A stretch of 64,000 bases of DNA from a virus. Its lineage: Duplodnaviria > Caudoviricetes. The translations under genes and the position numbers were made by a program. The notes under the pieces are model-generated. The model was not told the DNA's origin. It made no database searches and was given only the letters and a program-made list of their open reading frames with translations. This document shows, in pieces, positions 1 to 9,065 of the stretch. The first letter of the stretch is position 1. The number at the start of each line of letters is the position of its first letter. The stretch covers positions 64,001-128,000 of the IMG/VR virus record IMGVR_UViG_3300011242_000002; one strand, given 5' to 3'.

Positions 1-4
1 GTTC

Positions 5-30
5 GGCGGGGTAACCCGCCTTTTCTTTTC
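5..30 (+). terminator. Intrinsic terminator
   Basis: GGCGGG-GTAA-CCCGCC hairpin followed by TTTTCTTTTC. Confidence 0.75.
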
Positions 31-54
31 GATTACCCGTATGAGGATTTTACT

Positions 55-525
55 ATGCCTACAGCAATCTATGTCTCCCCGTTCCGTGCCAAGTTCAAAC
101 GTCCCGAGCTGTTAGTTCCTAAGCGTCCTGTGGTGCCCGTCAAGGAGTGCATGTTCGATGTCAAGCTAGAACGTCATCCGATTCGTGTAAACAGCCCTGC
201 GTACACCCCAGAGCGTCTGGTGCGATTACTGAACGATCTGGAGCTGCAGGGGAACGTTATTAAGACGGTAGCGATTGACCAATGGACCTTAGGGTGCCGT
301 ATGCAGGACGAGGTTATTGGGATCCTCGCCAAAGGTAATAAGCGGTTTGATCTGGCTCATTACGTTTGGTACGGACGGGCTGACGTCTGGCAGCACGCCC
401 TGGTATTGGATGACCTGGTCAATGAACTGCAGCGCTTATACGGTACGGCGATTAAACCCGCTTACCTGTCCGAGAAGTGTCTGCAGTTGGAATTCACAGT
501 GCGTATCACCATGCTGGATCGGTGA
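55..525 (+). CDS. Hypothetical protein (156 aa)
   Basis: ORF with GAGGA RBS upstream; no recognised motif. Confidence 0.7.
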   Translation: MPTAIYVSPFRAKFKRPELLVPKRPVVPVKECMFDVKLERHPIRVNSPAYTPERLVRLLNDLELQGNVIKTVAIDQWTLGCRMQDEVIGILAKGNKRFDLAHYVWYGRADVWQHALVLDDLVNELQRLYGTAIKPAYLSEKCLQLEFTVRITMLDR

Positions 526-639
526 TATGTATTCCTGTACATAACTCCCTGTTCTTATAGAAGCCATTATTGGTTTTTAGCGAGCTAACGCTAACGAGAC
601 AGGGTTTTATGACAATCTATATTCAAAGAGAATATACGT

Positions 640-1185
640 ATGTTTAGTGAATACCTACTCATTATCGTATTGACCTTATGCTTAGTGTTCGTTACCACTA
701 TTCATATTGGCTACGTCAAGCGCGTACATGTGCGCTTTACCAACATTAACCTGGCCTACCTGCTGTCGATGTATGTGACCGCAATGCGTAGCGTTGCTGT
801 GGCTGACCCACCGATACGTTCGATTCCAGCAGGTGCCGGTGGTGAAGACCGCATCCTGATTGGGACGGTGGAAAACGCCATAGTCGACTACCTGCGGATT
901 TGGCAGTGGGCAGCGACCTCGATGTTTGCCGCCTCCCGCTTGCCGATGATGCAGTTCCTGCTGTCGGTCAGCCATCTGGCAACTCACGTCGATGAACAGG
1001 ATCGGGCGGTGGCCTACGCGTTTCAGGTGAGCGTGCAGGTCAATGACAACATCCAGTCGTTTCCGTTGGTGGTCTCCAATCGTGACATCAGCAAGATCGT
1101 GGGGAAACTGCAGTACCATGCGGAGCAGCTCGAGCAGCTGGTAAACCACTTTATGAACCGTGACGAGAAGGGGGTGCAGGCATGA
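640..1185 (+). CDS. N-terminally membrane-anchored hypothetical protein
   Basis: Hydrophobic N-terminus (YLLIIVLTLCLVFVTTIHI); first of four tightly packed similar ORFs. Confidence 0.7.
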   Translation: MFSEYLLIIVLTLCLVFVTTIHIGYVKRVHVRFTNINLAYLLSMYVTAMRSVAVADPPIRSIPAGAGGEDRILIGTVENAIVDYLRIWQWAATSMFAASRLPMMQFLLSVSHLATHVDEQDRAVAYAFQVSVQVNDNIQSFPLVVSNRDISKIVGKLQYHAEQLEQLVNHFMNRDEKGVQA

Positions 1186-1625
1186 TCGCATTAAGCTTGT
1201 GTTTAGGGGTGGTGCTTGGCGTGTTGGCCACCCTGTTGTATGTTCAGCACCGGCGCAGCAGCCTGGAGAGCTTAACGCTGCGTCGTTACAATGACGTGGT
1301 GGAGCTCTACCTGCGCACGCTTAAACGCCACGGTGCTGAAAGCATTACCCACTATAAGCCGACCTTCCATCCTACCAGCGGCCAAAAGCGGCTGCTGGAG
1401 GAGTTGCATTATGCCGGTGAATTGGTCAGTGCGGTACGGGGTCGCTTTCTGGTAGACCTTGTCAATACCGTTATTGATCGCAACGGCTGCGTCGAACTGT
1501 GGGTGTATACCCAAGACGACGTGGCCGAAGTGTTCTACCTGCCGGCCGATGCCGTACCGGTCGTCACCGGCACCTTTGCCGACATTAATCAGTTATTTAA
1601 GCATCACTTAACCCGGGGAGTATAA
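1182..1625 (+). CDS. N-terminally membrane-anchored hypothetical protein
   Basis: ATGA overlap with upstream gene; TM segment followed by basic residues. Confidence 0.7.
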   Translation: MIALSLCLGVVLGVLATLLYVQHRRSSLESLTLRRYNDVVELYLRTLKRHGAESITHYKPTFHPTSGQKRLLEELHYAGELVSAVRGRFLVDLVNTVIDRNGCVELWVYTQDDVAEVFYLPADAVPVVTGTFADINQLFKHHLTRGV

Positions 1626-1628
1626 AGC

Positions 1629-2147
1629 ATGGATACGAATTTTGCATTTAACATGGGGCTGATGGCGGTGGCCATCGTATTAGGGTTGGTCTACCTGTTC
1701 TGGTTACGGGTACGAAACCAGGTTCATGGCGATCAGGAGTGTGATCCCCAGCTGATGGTAATTCACCGCTTCCTTAACGAGTCCATCATTGAGCTGTTGG
1801 AAAAGTGTACCGGTAAGCTTGCCGACCACTTTGAAACCGAATACGACGACAACTACACCTACCTGCGCGAGCAGCTGTCACGGCAGGTCAGACTGGCCAC
1901 CGATTACAATGCCTGGTGCGGCAGCGTGTCCTGTCATCCAGGCTGGTGCGTCTTCGTCTCTCAGATAAAGGACAACGAGGACTCCGACGATCTGTACGCC
2001 CCTTGGGTATTGACCTTAAAGACCGCCGTGAATGAGCAGCGTGATTTCACCATCCCGTTTAACAACGTGGCGTATCTGATTGACAGCCTGACGCTGCTGA
2101 ATGACCAGAACGAGCTGCTGGTGAGAATTGCGAAGGAGAGCCATTGA
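1629..2147 (+). CDS. N-terminally membrane-anchored hypothetical protein
   Basis: GGGGAG RBS; TM segment (LMAVAIVLGLVYLFWL) then RVR. Confidence 0.7.
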   Translation: MDTNFAFNMGLMAVAIVLGLVYLFWLRVRNQVHGDQECDPQLMVIHRFLNESIIELLEKCTGKLADHFETEYDDNYTYLREQLSRQVRLATDYNAWCGSVSCHPGWCVFVSQIKDNEDSDDLYAPWVLTLKTAVNEQRDFTIPFNNVAYLIDSLTLLNDQNELLVRIAKESH

Positions 2148-2647
2148 TGGACGGACTTGGTCACATCCTGCTGGCATTAGCGGTGATCGTTACGATCTTT
2201 GGCGGGGCGTGGTTAATTGACCTGGTATTTGGTGACGGACCAAACCGGCGTTATCTCGCGCAGTACATTCTTGGGACGAACAGTGCGCTGGCGGGTTTAG
2301 GGATACCTTTGAAGAACCAACCTGAAACCCGAGAGGCGCGGACGTTAATCGAACGCCAATTGGTGTACCGGGCGCGGTCGTACAACCACTCCGTATCTTG
2401 CTATCGCAGCTTGGCAAAGCGGTTTGGTCTACACCAACCCCAGGTAATCATCATCAGTGACGTACGTTTTCTTGCTAGCAACTCGGCAATACTCACCCTG
2501 GAGGACTGGGACGGTGTACACGTGCAGTATAGTTTGATTCTCTGGCGGGATATTGAAACGACCATTGAACTGCTATCAAGCGCAATATACACCCATCTTG
2601 ACGTAATCGGCCGCCATCACTGGGGCAGTCGAATCTTTCAAAGCTGA
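2147..2647 (+). CDS. N-terminally membrane-anchored hypothetical protein
   Basis: AAGGAG RBS; TGATG coupling to the upstream stop; N-terminal TM. Confidence 0.65.
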   Translation: MDGLGHILLALAVIVTIFGGAWLIDLVFGDGPNRRYLAQYILGTNSALAGLGIPLKNQPETREARTLIERQLVYRARSYNHSVSCYRSLAKRFGLHQPQVIIISDVRFLASNSAILTLEDWDGVHVQYSLILWRDIETTIELLSSAIYTHLDVIGRHHWGSRIFQS

Positions 2648-2713
2648 ACCCGTAAAAGCGAACATTGTATTACCATGCTTTGAGTACCAACTCATAACTA
2701 ATAAGGACCTGTA

Positions 2714-2983
2714 ATGTCTGTAAGTAAGCGTAAAGTAGGCAACCGTATCTTAACCGTTCTGATCGCCGGTTTGGTCATTTACCTGCTGGCGATGTTTTTC
2801 TTCTTTAACGAGATGGAGGCCCCAGCCCAGATTGACCGCTTTAAGAAGACCAGCGTGGATGATACCCCTATCTTTAATCTTACCGAACCGCACACGCAGT
2901 GTCAGTACGTGTACGACTCCGTAAACAAAACGGTGGTGCAGGCCAAAGGGTCCGAGCATTGCCAGCTACCCATTTTGAACTAA
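2714..2983 (+). CDS. Small membrane-anchored protein with two Cys in the C-terminal part
   Basis: TAAGGA RBS; basic N-terminus plus TM. Confidence 0.65.
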   Translation: MSVSKRKVGNRILTVLIAGLVIYLLAMFFFFNEMEAPAQIDRFKKTSVDDTPIFNLTEPHTQCQYVYDSVNKTVVQAKGSEHCQLPILN

Positions 2984-3013
2984 CTCAACTTGTATGAACA
3001 CAGCATAAAAACC

Positions 3014-3044
3014 ATACCGGGGTCACACCCGGTATTATTTTTTG
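3014..3044 (+). terminator. Intrinsic terminator
   Basis: ATACCGGG-GTCACA-CCCGGTAT followed by TATTTTTTG; GCATAA at 3003-3008. Confidence 0.7.
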
Positions 3045-3058
3045 TTAGGGACTAGTTA

Positions 3059-3373
3059 ATGAAACAAAAACTGTTTGTTGCTCTCACGATGGGCGTTGTA
3101 CTGTATTTGGTGACGGGTGCATCCGATGCAGTGACCAAACGCACTGAGCCAGAACGCAGCACCCTTAGCTTTAACCACCCCTATGGTGGTGTGTTTGAAG
3201 ACCGCTTTGAGATCTATGAAGTATCGATTGAGCGCACACCCACCCGCTTTCTGATCGACCGTAAAACCGGGTGTGAATTCATGCTATCAGAAAACGGTGG
3301 TATTCAACCCACCACCCCGTTAGACCAGTGCCCGAAAGAAAACATCAAACCCTACAACTTGTCGGAGGAATAA
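3059..3373 (+). CDS. Exported or membrane-anchored small protein (DUF6440-like pattern)
   Basis: Signal-like N-terminus; FLIDRKTGCEFM resembles the 'vDreTGv.Yl' pattern. Confidence 0.55.
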   Translation: MKQKLFVALTMGVVLYLVTGASDAVTKRTEPERSTLSFNHPYGGVFEDRFEIYEVSIERTPTRFLIDRKTGCEFMLSENGGIQPTTPLDQCPKENIKPYNLSEE

Positions 3374-3375
3374 CC

Positions 3376-3942
3376 ATGACCCTGTCTACCAAACAACAGT
3401 TACGCGACGCCATTGCCACTGCGAATGATGTCACCATCCCGAAATGGGCCAGCTGCATTTATGGCTACAGCGAGTACATCTATGCTTCTAACGGCGTGCC
3501 CGGAGCAGAAACCCGTAATATCAAAATCCACCATGTGGAAGGGGCTAACTGGACGCCGGCACACACCATCATCGAAGTTATCAATGGCGAGATGGTTGAA
3601 CCCAGCCACCGCCGTCAAAAGCTGGCGATTATGATTGTCGGTGGACCTAATACCGGTAAGACCATGGTGCAGCGGATCATCACCAAGGCCCTGCAGGAGG
3701 CAGGTATCGGCTATGACCTGGGTGAGAACGCCCAACACGAGCTGGAGAGCGTCTGTTTAGATGAAGCCTTAAACAGCGTTGCCATTAGCCAGATCAATCG
3801 CAATACCAGCGTGATGGTTGAAGAGATTCACACCCACGCGTTGCGTCGTTTTGAACTGCCGGGTGAAACAATGGTCAGCTTTAAGGGTTATGATCACAGC
3901 AGCGGTTTTAAGATCCTGCCCGTGTATAAGGACAAAGACTAA
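3376..3942 (+). CDS. Hypothetical protein with a C-terminal mini P-loop domain
   Basis: Start moved to ATG 3376 (GGAGG RBS); Walker A-like IVGGPNTGKT. Confidence 0.65.
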   Translation: MTLSTKQQLRDAIATANDVTIPKWASCIYGYSEYIYASNGVPGAETRNIKIHHVEGANWTPAHTIIEVINGEMVEPSHRRQKLAIMIVGGPNTGKTMVQRIITKALQEAGIGYDLGENAQHELESVCLDEALNSVAISQINRNTSVMVEEIHTHALRRFELPGETMVSFKGYDHSSGFKILPVYKDKD

Positions 3943-4208
3943 TGGAAAAGCTAATTAACCCGGATCGTGACACAGTCACTATCAATATCGCTGGACCGGT
4001 CAACACCGGTAAGACCGTCTTGACACACCTTATCATTCAGCTATTACTGGCAAAAGGTCTGGAGGTATCAGTTACCCCCCCGACCGCGGATGAGCTCGGC
4101 TGGATGAAAGAAGTGAATGTCGATGAGGTCATTGATCAAGTTAAGGATCGTGTCCACATTGTCCTTAACCAGGAGCACGTTGTGGTGAAGCCAAAAGGCG
4201 GTGAATGA
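3942..4208 (+). CDS. 88-aa stand-alone mini P-loop protein
   Basis: INIAGPVNTGKT; similar to the C-terminal half of the preceding ORF. Confidence 0.7.
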   Translation: MEKLINPDRDTVTINIAGPVNTGKTVLTHLIIQLLLAKGLEVSVTPPTADELGWMKEVNVDEVIDQVKDRVHIVLNQEHVVVKPKGGE

Positions 4209-4558
4209 TGCCCTTTATTTGTTATCGCGCTAAACGGGCGGTGATGACACCCGACGTGATGATGCAGGCGGCAAGGCTGGTACGGATTCGCAAGCACGGT
4301 ATTGACAACCTGACGATTATGGATGTCTACCAGATTGTGGATGACGAACCTGACGTGCGGTATAACCGCAACGGAACACTGGTGGTTATTCTGCGCGCCA
4401 ATGGGAGGGTGGCTAAATTCATGCACCTGTCAGGCCGTGATATCAAACATCTGCTGGACGCTTTCCATCCGGCGTTTCATCCAGAGATGCATTCGCTGCG
4501 CATCGACGATCACCTCACCCTTGATAAAGAATACCACACCCCTTACGACCGTTATTAA
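4205..4558 (+). CDS. Hypothetical protein
   Basis: ATGA-coupled ORF in the operon. Confidence 0.6.
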   Translation: MMPFICYRAKRAVMTPDVMMQAARLVRIRKHGIDNLTIMDVYQIVDDEPDVRYNRNGTLVVILRANGRVAKFMHLSGRDIKHLLDAFHPAFHPEMHSLRIDDHLTLDKEYHTPYDRY

Positions 4559-4568
4559 GGAATAGAAC

Positions 4569-5243
4569 ATGTCTGAGAAAGAACAACGTTACGCCGGCAA
4601 ACTGGTACAACATCACAAGGATGGCGATAAGGACCTAATGCTCTGGCAATATGAGGGCACAACCCGTTTTGAATTACCCGAACGTGCTGTAGCAGGGGAA
4701 AAGGCGCTGGTAGATGGTGAATTGATATACACCTTCGAAGACGACAAGTGGGTGTTTAATGTGACGGACACTTACGTCCTGTCATCCGTTCAAAAAGAAG
4801 AAACTGATGTCGAGCTAATCACCAGTGCAGCTGATCCAGTGGCCGGGATTGATTTCTCGTCTAAACCACGTAACGAATGGACCATGGGTAACTGGATTGC
4901 CCATGTGGGCGGCAGTATCCGTTCCGACCACTTCGTAGTCTTCGGCAGTGTGATGGCGGTTGACATGATGGTGCGTCAGATCATCCGTAACGTGCTGGGG
5001 GTTAAGAAGGAAGGCATTAACCTGTCTTTCTCTGGTGGCACGGAACAGCAACGCGCATTGCTTGCCACGACCATCGCCGGCATTATGCACCCGCTTCCGA
5101 TTAACCCGGGGTATAACCTGCAGAAGTACATTGATCAGCAGGCCGAATGCTCGCTGACCGAAGAGCAGTCTTTGGTCATCATGGATGCCATCGCGCGTAG
5201 TGGCGGTATCAATATCGATTTTGTTGCAGATAAGGTAGAATAA
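4569..5243 (+). CDS. Hypothetical protein
   Basis: TAAGGA RBS; coupled to the next gene by TAATG. Confidence 0.7.
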   Translation: MSEKEQRYAGKLVQHHKDGDKDLMLWQYEGTTRFELPERAVAGEKALVDGELIYTFEDDKWVFNVTDTYVLSSVQKEETDVELITSAADPVAGIDFSSKPRNEWTMGNWIAHVGGSIRSDHFVVFGSVMAVDMMVRQIIRNVLGVKKEGINLSFSGGTEQQRALLATTIAGIMHPLPINPGYNLQKYIDQQAECSLTEEQSLVIMDAIARSGGINIDFVADKVE

Positions 5244-6886
5244 TGAAACATACCTTTAACCTGAACATCCCAGCGGATTGTGAAGACCCAGTTAAATATG
5301 TTCGCGAAGCCATTGAAAGCTTCCAAGCATCACAGGGTGAGCTTACTGGCGATATTTCCGTTAAGATCAACACGGAAAACCACGCGATTCCACAAATCGT
5401 GCGGGCTGCCATTCCAGAGATCAACGTTGAAGACGCGTATCCAAAACCAGGTGAGCCCCTGCCGTTGCGCGGCTGTATGAAACACGCGATCATCGTAGAT
5501 GACGCCCCTTATATTAGCGAAGGAAAAGAAAACGTGGCAGATCTTAACAAGGCACCAAAAGTAGATATCGTGATTAAAGACGGTGATGTTGTTGCAGTAG
5601 ACATGGTGAAAGTGTACACCCCGTTTATTCGTAAGTGGGCCGAAGACCGTAACATCATTGGCGGTGGTTCTACTACGCTGGACCAGTTCATCAAAGGCCT
5701 GACTGAGGCGGGTGAGCTCTGGACCCACATCGGTAAAGGCCAGCGTGAGCTGATGAAAGACGACATCGGTGATGTTTACGTTTGCCTGGTCAATGCCGCG
5801 GGTAACCTGGACATCAATCTGGAAGAGCATTTGACGCTGCTCGCACCAGACGATCGTCAGGCGATTACTACGCTGTATCAACGCCGTGGATTAAAGCGCT
5901 TTAGTCTGCAGGTGTTATACAACCTGGCCAGCGTGGCGAGAGCAATTGAAAACATCCTGGAGGCTGATAGCGAGTACGGTAATATTGAATTCTTCAAGAC
6001 CGACTTTTGTGAAGCCTGCGACGATGTGGTGTATACGTTAGAAACTATTGCACTGGAACAGGGTTGGTCGCTGTCTGAGTGTGTGATTGAAGCGTATGAA
6101 GATATTAAGGACAGGAAATGGTTAATGGTGTCAGGAACTTTTGTCAAGGAAAGCGACTTCACGCCTGAAATGGTTAAGGCCGCTATTGCTGACGAGACTA
6201 CCAAACCAGCCACGCGTGACTACCTCAATGAGTGGCTACGCAAAAACCCTGTTGAGTTATTGAGTAAAAGCATTGCTGAGGTGCCGACCTCAGAGGTTGT
6301 GTCTGCACCCATTCCTGTAAAAGCAGAAGTCAAAAAGCCGTTCTGGCGCGTTTGGAATGAAGCGCAGGGTAATAAAGATAACATTGCCCCGTTTGCCATT
6401 TCCGGTGAAGTTGCGCACTTGCTGAGCAATCAGAAAGATGACCAGATCGTGACCACGCTGGGTGTGTTCGGTCAGGTTAACCATAACCATGAAGTTTTCC
6501 TGATGGATATCCAGGGCGTTAAAGAGTCAATGGATCGTCTGGTGGGTAAAACCGTCGGTGAAGTTGATAACCCAAAACCGGAAGCGGGTCAGGACATCGC
6601 TGCGTGGCTTGAGCGTATCGCGACCGTTGATCAACGTAACGCAGCCGGTGTATTGGTTGATTACGCTATCAACATTTTGGGTGAGGGTTCACATGGTCCG
6701 ATCATTGAAGTGGTGGGTCTGGTAGAACCGTCGCCGCTAACCAAAGATCGTGTTGCTACCGCTGGTAATGTTTACTTTGGTATTCGTGGCGTTGTTGGTG
6801 TCAAAGAGGTCGGTGCCAAACTCAATCATGTTCAAAACCTGGTTTGCTTTGATCTGTCTACCGACAATCCACGGGAGATGAAATAA
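5243..6886 (+). CDS. MazG-like NTP pyrophosphohydrolase fused to a C-terminal prohead-protease-like domain
   Basis: IRKWAEDRNI...QFIKGLTEAGEL...KDDIGDVYV...EAYEDIKDRK..V.GTFVKESD (phage MazG-like); C-terminus GEVDNP...RIATVD...NVYFGIRG...LVCFD. Confidence 0.7.
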   Translation: MKHTFNLNIPADCEDPVKYVREAIESFQASQGELTGDISVKINTENHAIPQIVRAAIPEINVEDAYPKPGEPLPLRGCMKHAIIVDDAPYISEGKENVADLNKAPKVDIVIKDGDVVAVDMVKVYTPFIRKWAEDRNIIGGGSTTLDQFIKGLTEAGELWTHIGKGQRELMKDDIGDVYVCLVNAAGNLDINLEEHLTLLAPDDRQAITTLYQRRGLKRFSLQVLYNLASVARAIENILEADSEYGNIEFFKTDFCEACDDVVYTLETIALEQGWSLSECVIEAYEDIKDRKWLMVSGTFVKESDFTPEMVKAAIADETTKPATRDYLNEWLRKNPVELLSKSIAEVPTSEVVSAPIPVKAEVKKPFWRVWNEAQGNKDNIAPFAISGEVAHLLSNQKDDQIVTTLGVFGQVNHNHEVFLMDIQGVKESMDRLVGKTVGEVDNPKPEAGQDIAAWLERIATVDQRNAAGVLVDYAINILGEGSHGPIIEVVGLVEPSPLTKDRVATAGNVYFGIRGVVGVKEVGAKLNHVQNLVCFDLSTDNPREMK

Positions 6887-7254
6887 TGAATCTCAATATT
6901 GCGTCGGTTAAGTATCGTTTCACTCGCGACATGATTGAAACGTACCATCAGATGTTTAAGGACGCACAGCAGCAAGGACGCAAGACGTATATCTATGCGT
7001 CCCCTGAAGCGCGTGAGAAGATCAGAAAAACCTTCTTGTCGGTTTTCACCAACGACGAGATGGATGAGCTGATCATCAATCCGCATCCCACTAACTACGT
7101 ATCCGCCGCCAAGCTCGGCCGTGGGATGACCAACCACACTGTGATCTTTATTGATGAGAAAGGCATTTTTGCCGACACCATTAAGAAGACGCTGGCACCG
7201 CTTAAAAACATCAATGCGTTAATCGTGCACAACGAGTACAACGACGAACGTTAA
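6886..7254 (+). CDS. Hypothetical protein
   Basis: TAATG-coupled ORF. Confidence 0.6.
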   Translation: MNLNIASVKYRFTRDMIETYHQMFKDAQQQGRKTYIYASPEAREKIRKTFLSVFTNDEMDELIINPHPTNYVSAAKLGRGMTNHTVIFIDEKGIFADTIKKTLAPLKNINALIVHNEYNDER

Positions 7255-7262
7255 TCACCATC

Positions 7263-7286
7263 GGGGAGGGTGACCCTCCCCTCTTT
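7263..7286 (+). terminator. Hairpin, probable weak terminator
   Basis: GGGGAGGG-TGA-CCCTCCCC followed by TCTTT. Confidence 0.5.
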
Positions 7287-7300
7287 AAGGAGTTTTTATT

Positions 7301-7534
7301 ATGTCTAAGTTTGTTATTAATCTGAATGTTGAAATTGACACTGACCATCTCATTGCGAACCTGAAGACCCACAACATCGTCAAGGCCGATGGCAGTGTTA
7401 ACGGTGTTAATGCACACGAATACTTGAAAGGCTACATTAACGGTGCCGTTGCCGCTAAGATAGACACCACCGACGTGTTGAAAGAGGTTATTGCAGATCT
7501 CGATAAGAAACTCAACACCAAGGATCTCTTCTAA
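7301..7534 (+). CDS. Hypothetical protein (77 aa)
   Basis: TAAGGAG RBS. Confidence 0.7.
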   Translation: MSKFVINLNVEIDTDHLIANLKTHNIVKADGSVNGVNAHEYLKGYINGAVAAKIDTTDVLKEVIADLDKKLNTKDLF

Positions 7535-7566
7535 GCATTTCTAACCCTTAACCCGTTGGAGCACCT

Positions 7567-8571
7567 ATGAAACCTTTTTATATGCCTGATGTGATTACGT
7601 CGGAGATGAATAACGTCAGCTTCATTGCCAAGAACGGCAAGTGGCTGGAGGTTCTTAACCAATACCTGGTTGATACACAAGGTAAAGGTCAGCCGTACCG
7701 TGTGATTAACGGTGACCTGTTGACCAAGGATAAAACCTTCCAGCGTCTTCATCACGACATCAAAGCGCGTTACCCCGAGCCGCTGTCCGTTGAAGTCTAC
7801 AACAGTGACATGCCGTTTAGCTGGTTATGGTACGTGAACAAGGTGGTTTACCGCATCGGTCGGGAACTGATAGACAGCATTGCGGTACCCGATGAGAAAA
7901 TCATCGACCTGCCTATCGACCCGTTGCTGAATACCCCGCAGTGGGTGACCTGTGTGGCGTTAAGCTGGGACAAAGAGGCCATCAGGGACAGAGACGGACA
8001 CATACAGCGGGCGCTGATGTATGGGCTAACCTCCATCGGCGGGAAAGAGTACATGATGATGGTGCTGCATTATGAAACGTATAATGGCCTGATTCAAATG
8101 AACATGTACATCGATACGTCTGCACCCACTATCGGTGAAGGGTTTGCGTGGGCGGTGCGGGATTTGCCGGACATCAAGGCAAGCGAGTTTGGTCGCACCA
8201 TGCGCATCACCGAGATGAGCGAGATGATTTGTGACATCATCAACACGATGCTCTTCATCAACGGGGAGTACCACAAATCGTTAGTCGGTAAATCATCCCG
8301 AGTGTGGGAAACCCCACGCAAAGATCACAACGGCGGGTTCCGTATCAGACCCCGTGTATCCACCGTGTACGCGACGGTAGGCCAGGAAATGGTGGAAGCC
8401 GTAGAAGCAGCCAAGCGGGAAACTGCTACGGGTGGTGCACGCCGCGCCCATATTCGTCGTGGTCACTGGCATTCCTACTGGACTGGCCCACGTGGTTCAA
8501 AACAAACGTACATTATGCATTGGTTACCACCAATCATTGTATCAGGCACTGAGTTAAACACCGACGATTAA
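7567..8571 (+). CDS. Phage protein with a C-terminal H-x-R-R-G-H-W motif
   Basis: RRAHIRRGHWHSYWTGPRG...HWLPPIIV, a C-terminal pattern recurrent in phage proteins of unknown function. Confidence 0.7.
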   Translation: MKPFYMPDVITSEMNNVSFIAKNGKWLEVLNQYLVDTQGKGQPYRVINGDLLTKDKTFQRLHHDIKARYPEPLSVEVYNSDMPFSWLWYVNKVVYRIGRELIDSIAVPDEKIIDLPIDPLLNTPQWVTCVALSWDKEAIRDRDGHIQRALMYGLTSIGGKEYMMMVLHYETYNGLIQMNMYIDTSAPTIGEGFAWAVRDLPDIKASEFGRTMRITEMSEMICDIINTMLFINGEYHKSLVGKSSRVWETPRKDHNGGFRIRPRVSTVYATVGQEMVEAVEAAKRETATGGARRAHIRRGHWHSYWTGPRGSKQTYIMHWLPPIIVSGTELNTDD

Positions 8572-8603
8572 ACCTTCCTTTTAATTGATAGTAAGGAGTC
8601 ATA

Positions 8604-9065
8604 ATGAAGAAGTTAGAGAAGCTTGCACAACTCACTGATGCGCAGCTGTGTTACGGGGCGTTGAAGTATTTGGGTTACCCTATTTACGTCTGTGGTGATC
8701 ACGAAGCGTCCAGCCCGCATCAATGGCCGGGCAATCACGCGCTTACTCAAATGGCAAGCGAAGGCGCGATCGTTACTCTGAGTCTGCAGGGTGAAATCCA
8801 TGTGGAAACTGCAGGTGAGTCTTATCCAGTTACGATGCAGGGTATTGTTGCCGCACACTTGAACGATCTGGTTAACCGTGATGCGGTCCGTCAGGTTTCT
8901 GTTGATGCCGATGGTCAGTACAGCGTGTCCGTCATGATGGGGATGGATCCGGATCTTACCTGCCACGTTCACGGCAATGATTTGTATAAGGCGCTCTGCT
9001 ATGGCTTCGTGTTGTACCACTGCGGAGATTCGTTAGACGTTCCGGATGTACTGGTAACCGAGTAA
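8604..9065 (+). CDS. Hypothetical protein
   Basis: TAAGGAG RBS. Confidence 0.7.
   Translation: MKKLEKLAQLTDAQLCYGALKYLGYPIYVCGDHEASSPHQWPGNHALTQMASEGAIVTLSLQGEIHVETAGESYPVTMQGIVAAHLNDLVNRDAVRQVSVDADGQYSVSVMMGMDPDLTCHVHGNDLYKALCYGFVLYHCGDSLDVPDVLVTE

Noticed and set aside
617-633. CTATATTC upstream of ORF 640
   Set aside because: Mismatch in the core and no downstream RTG; not supported as a promoter.
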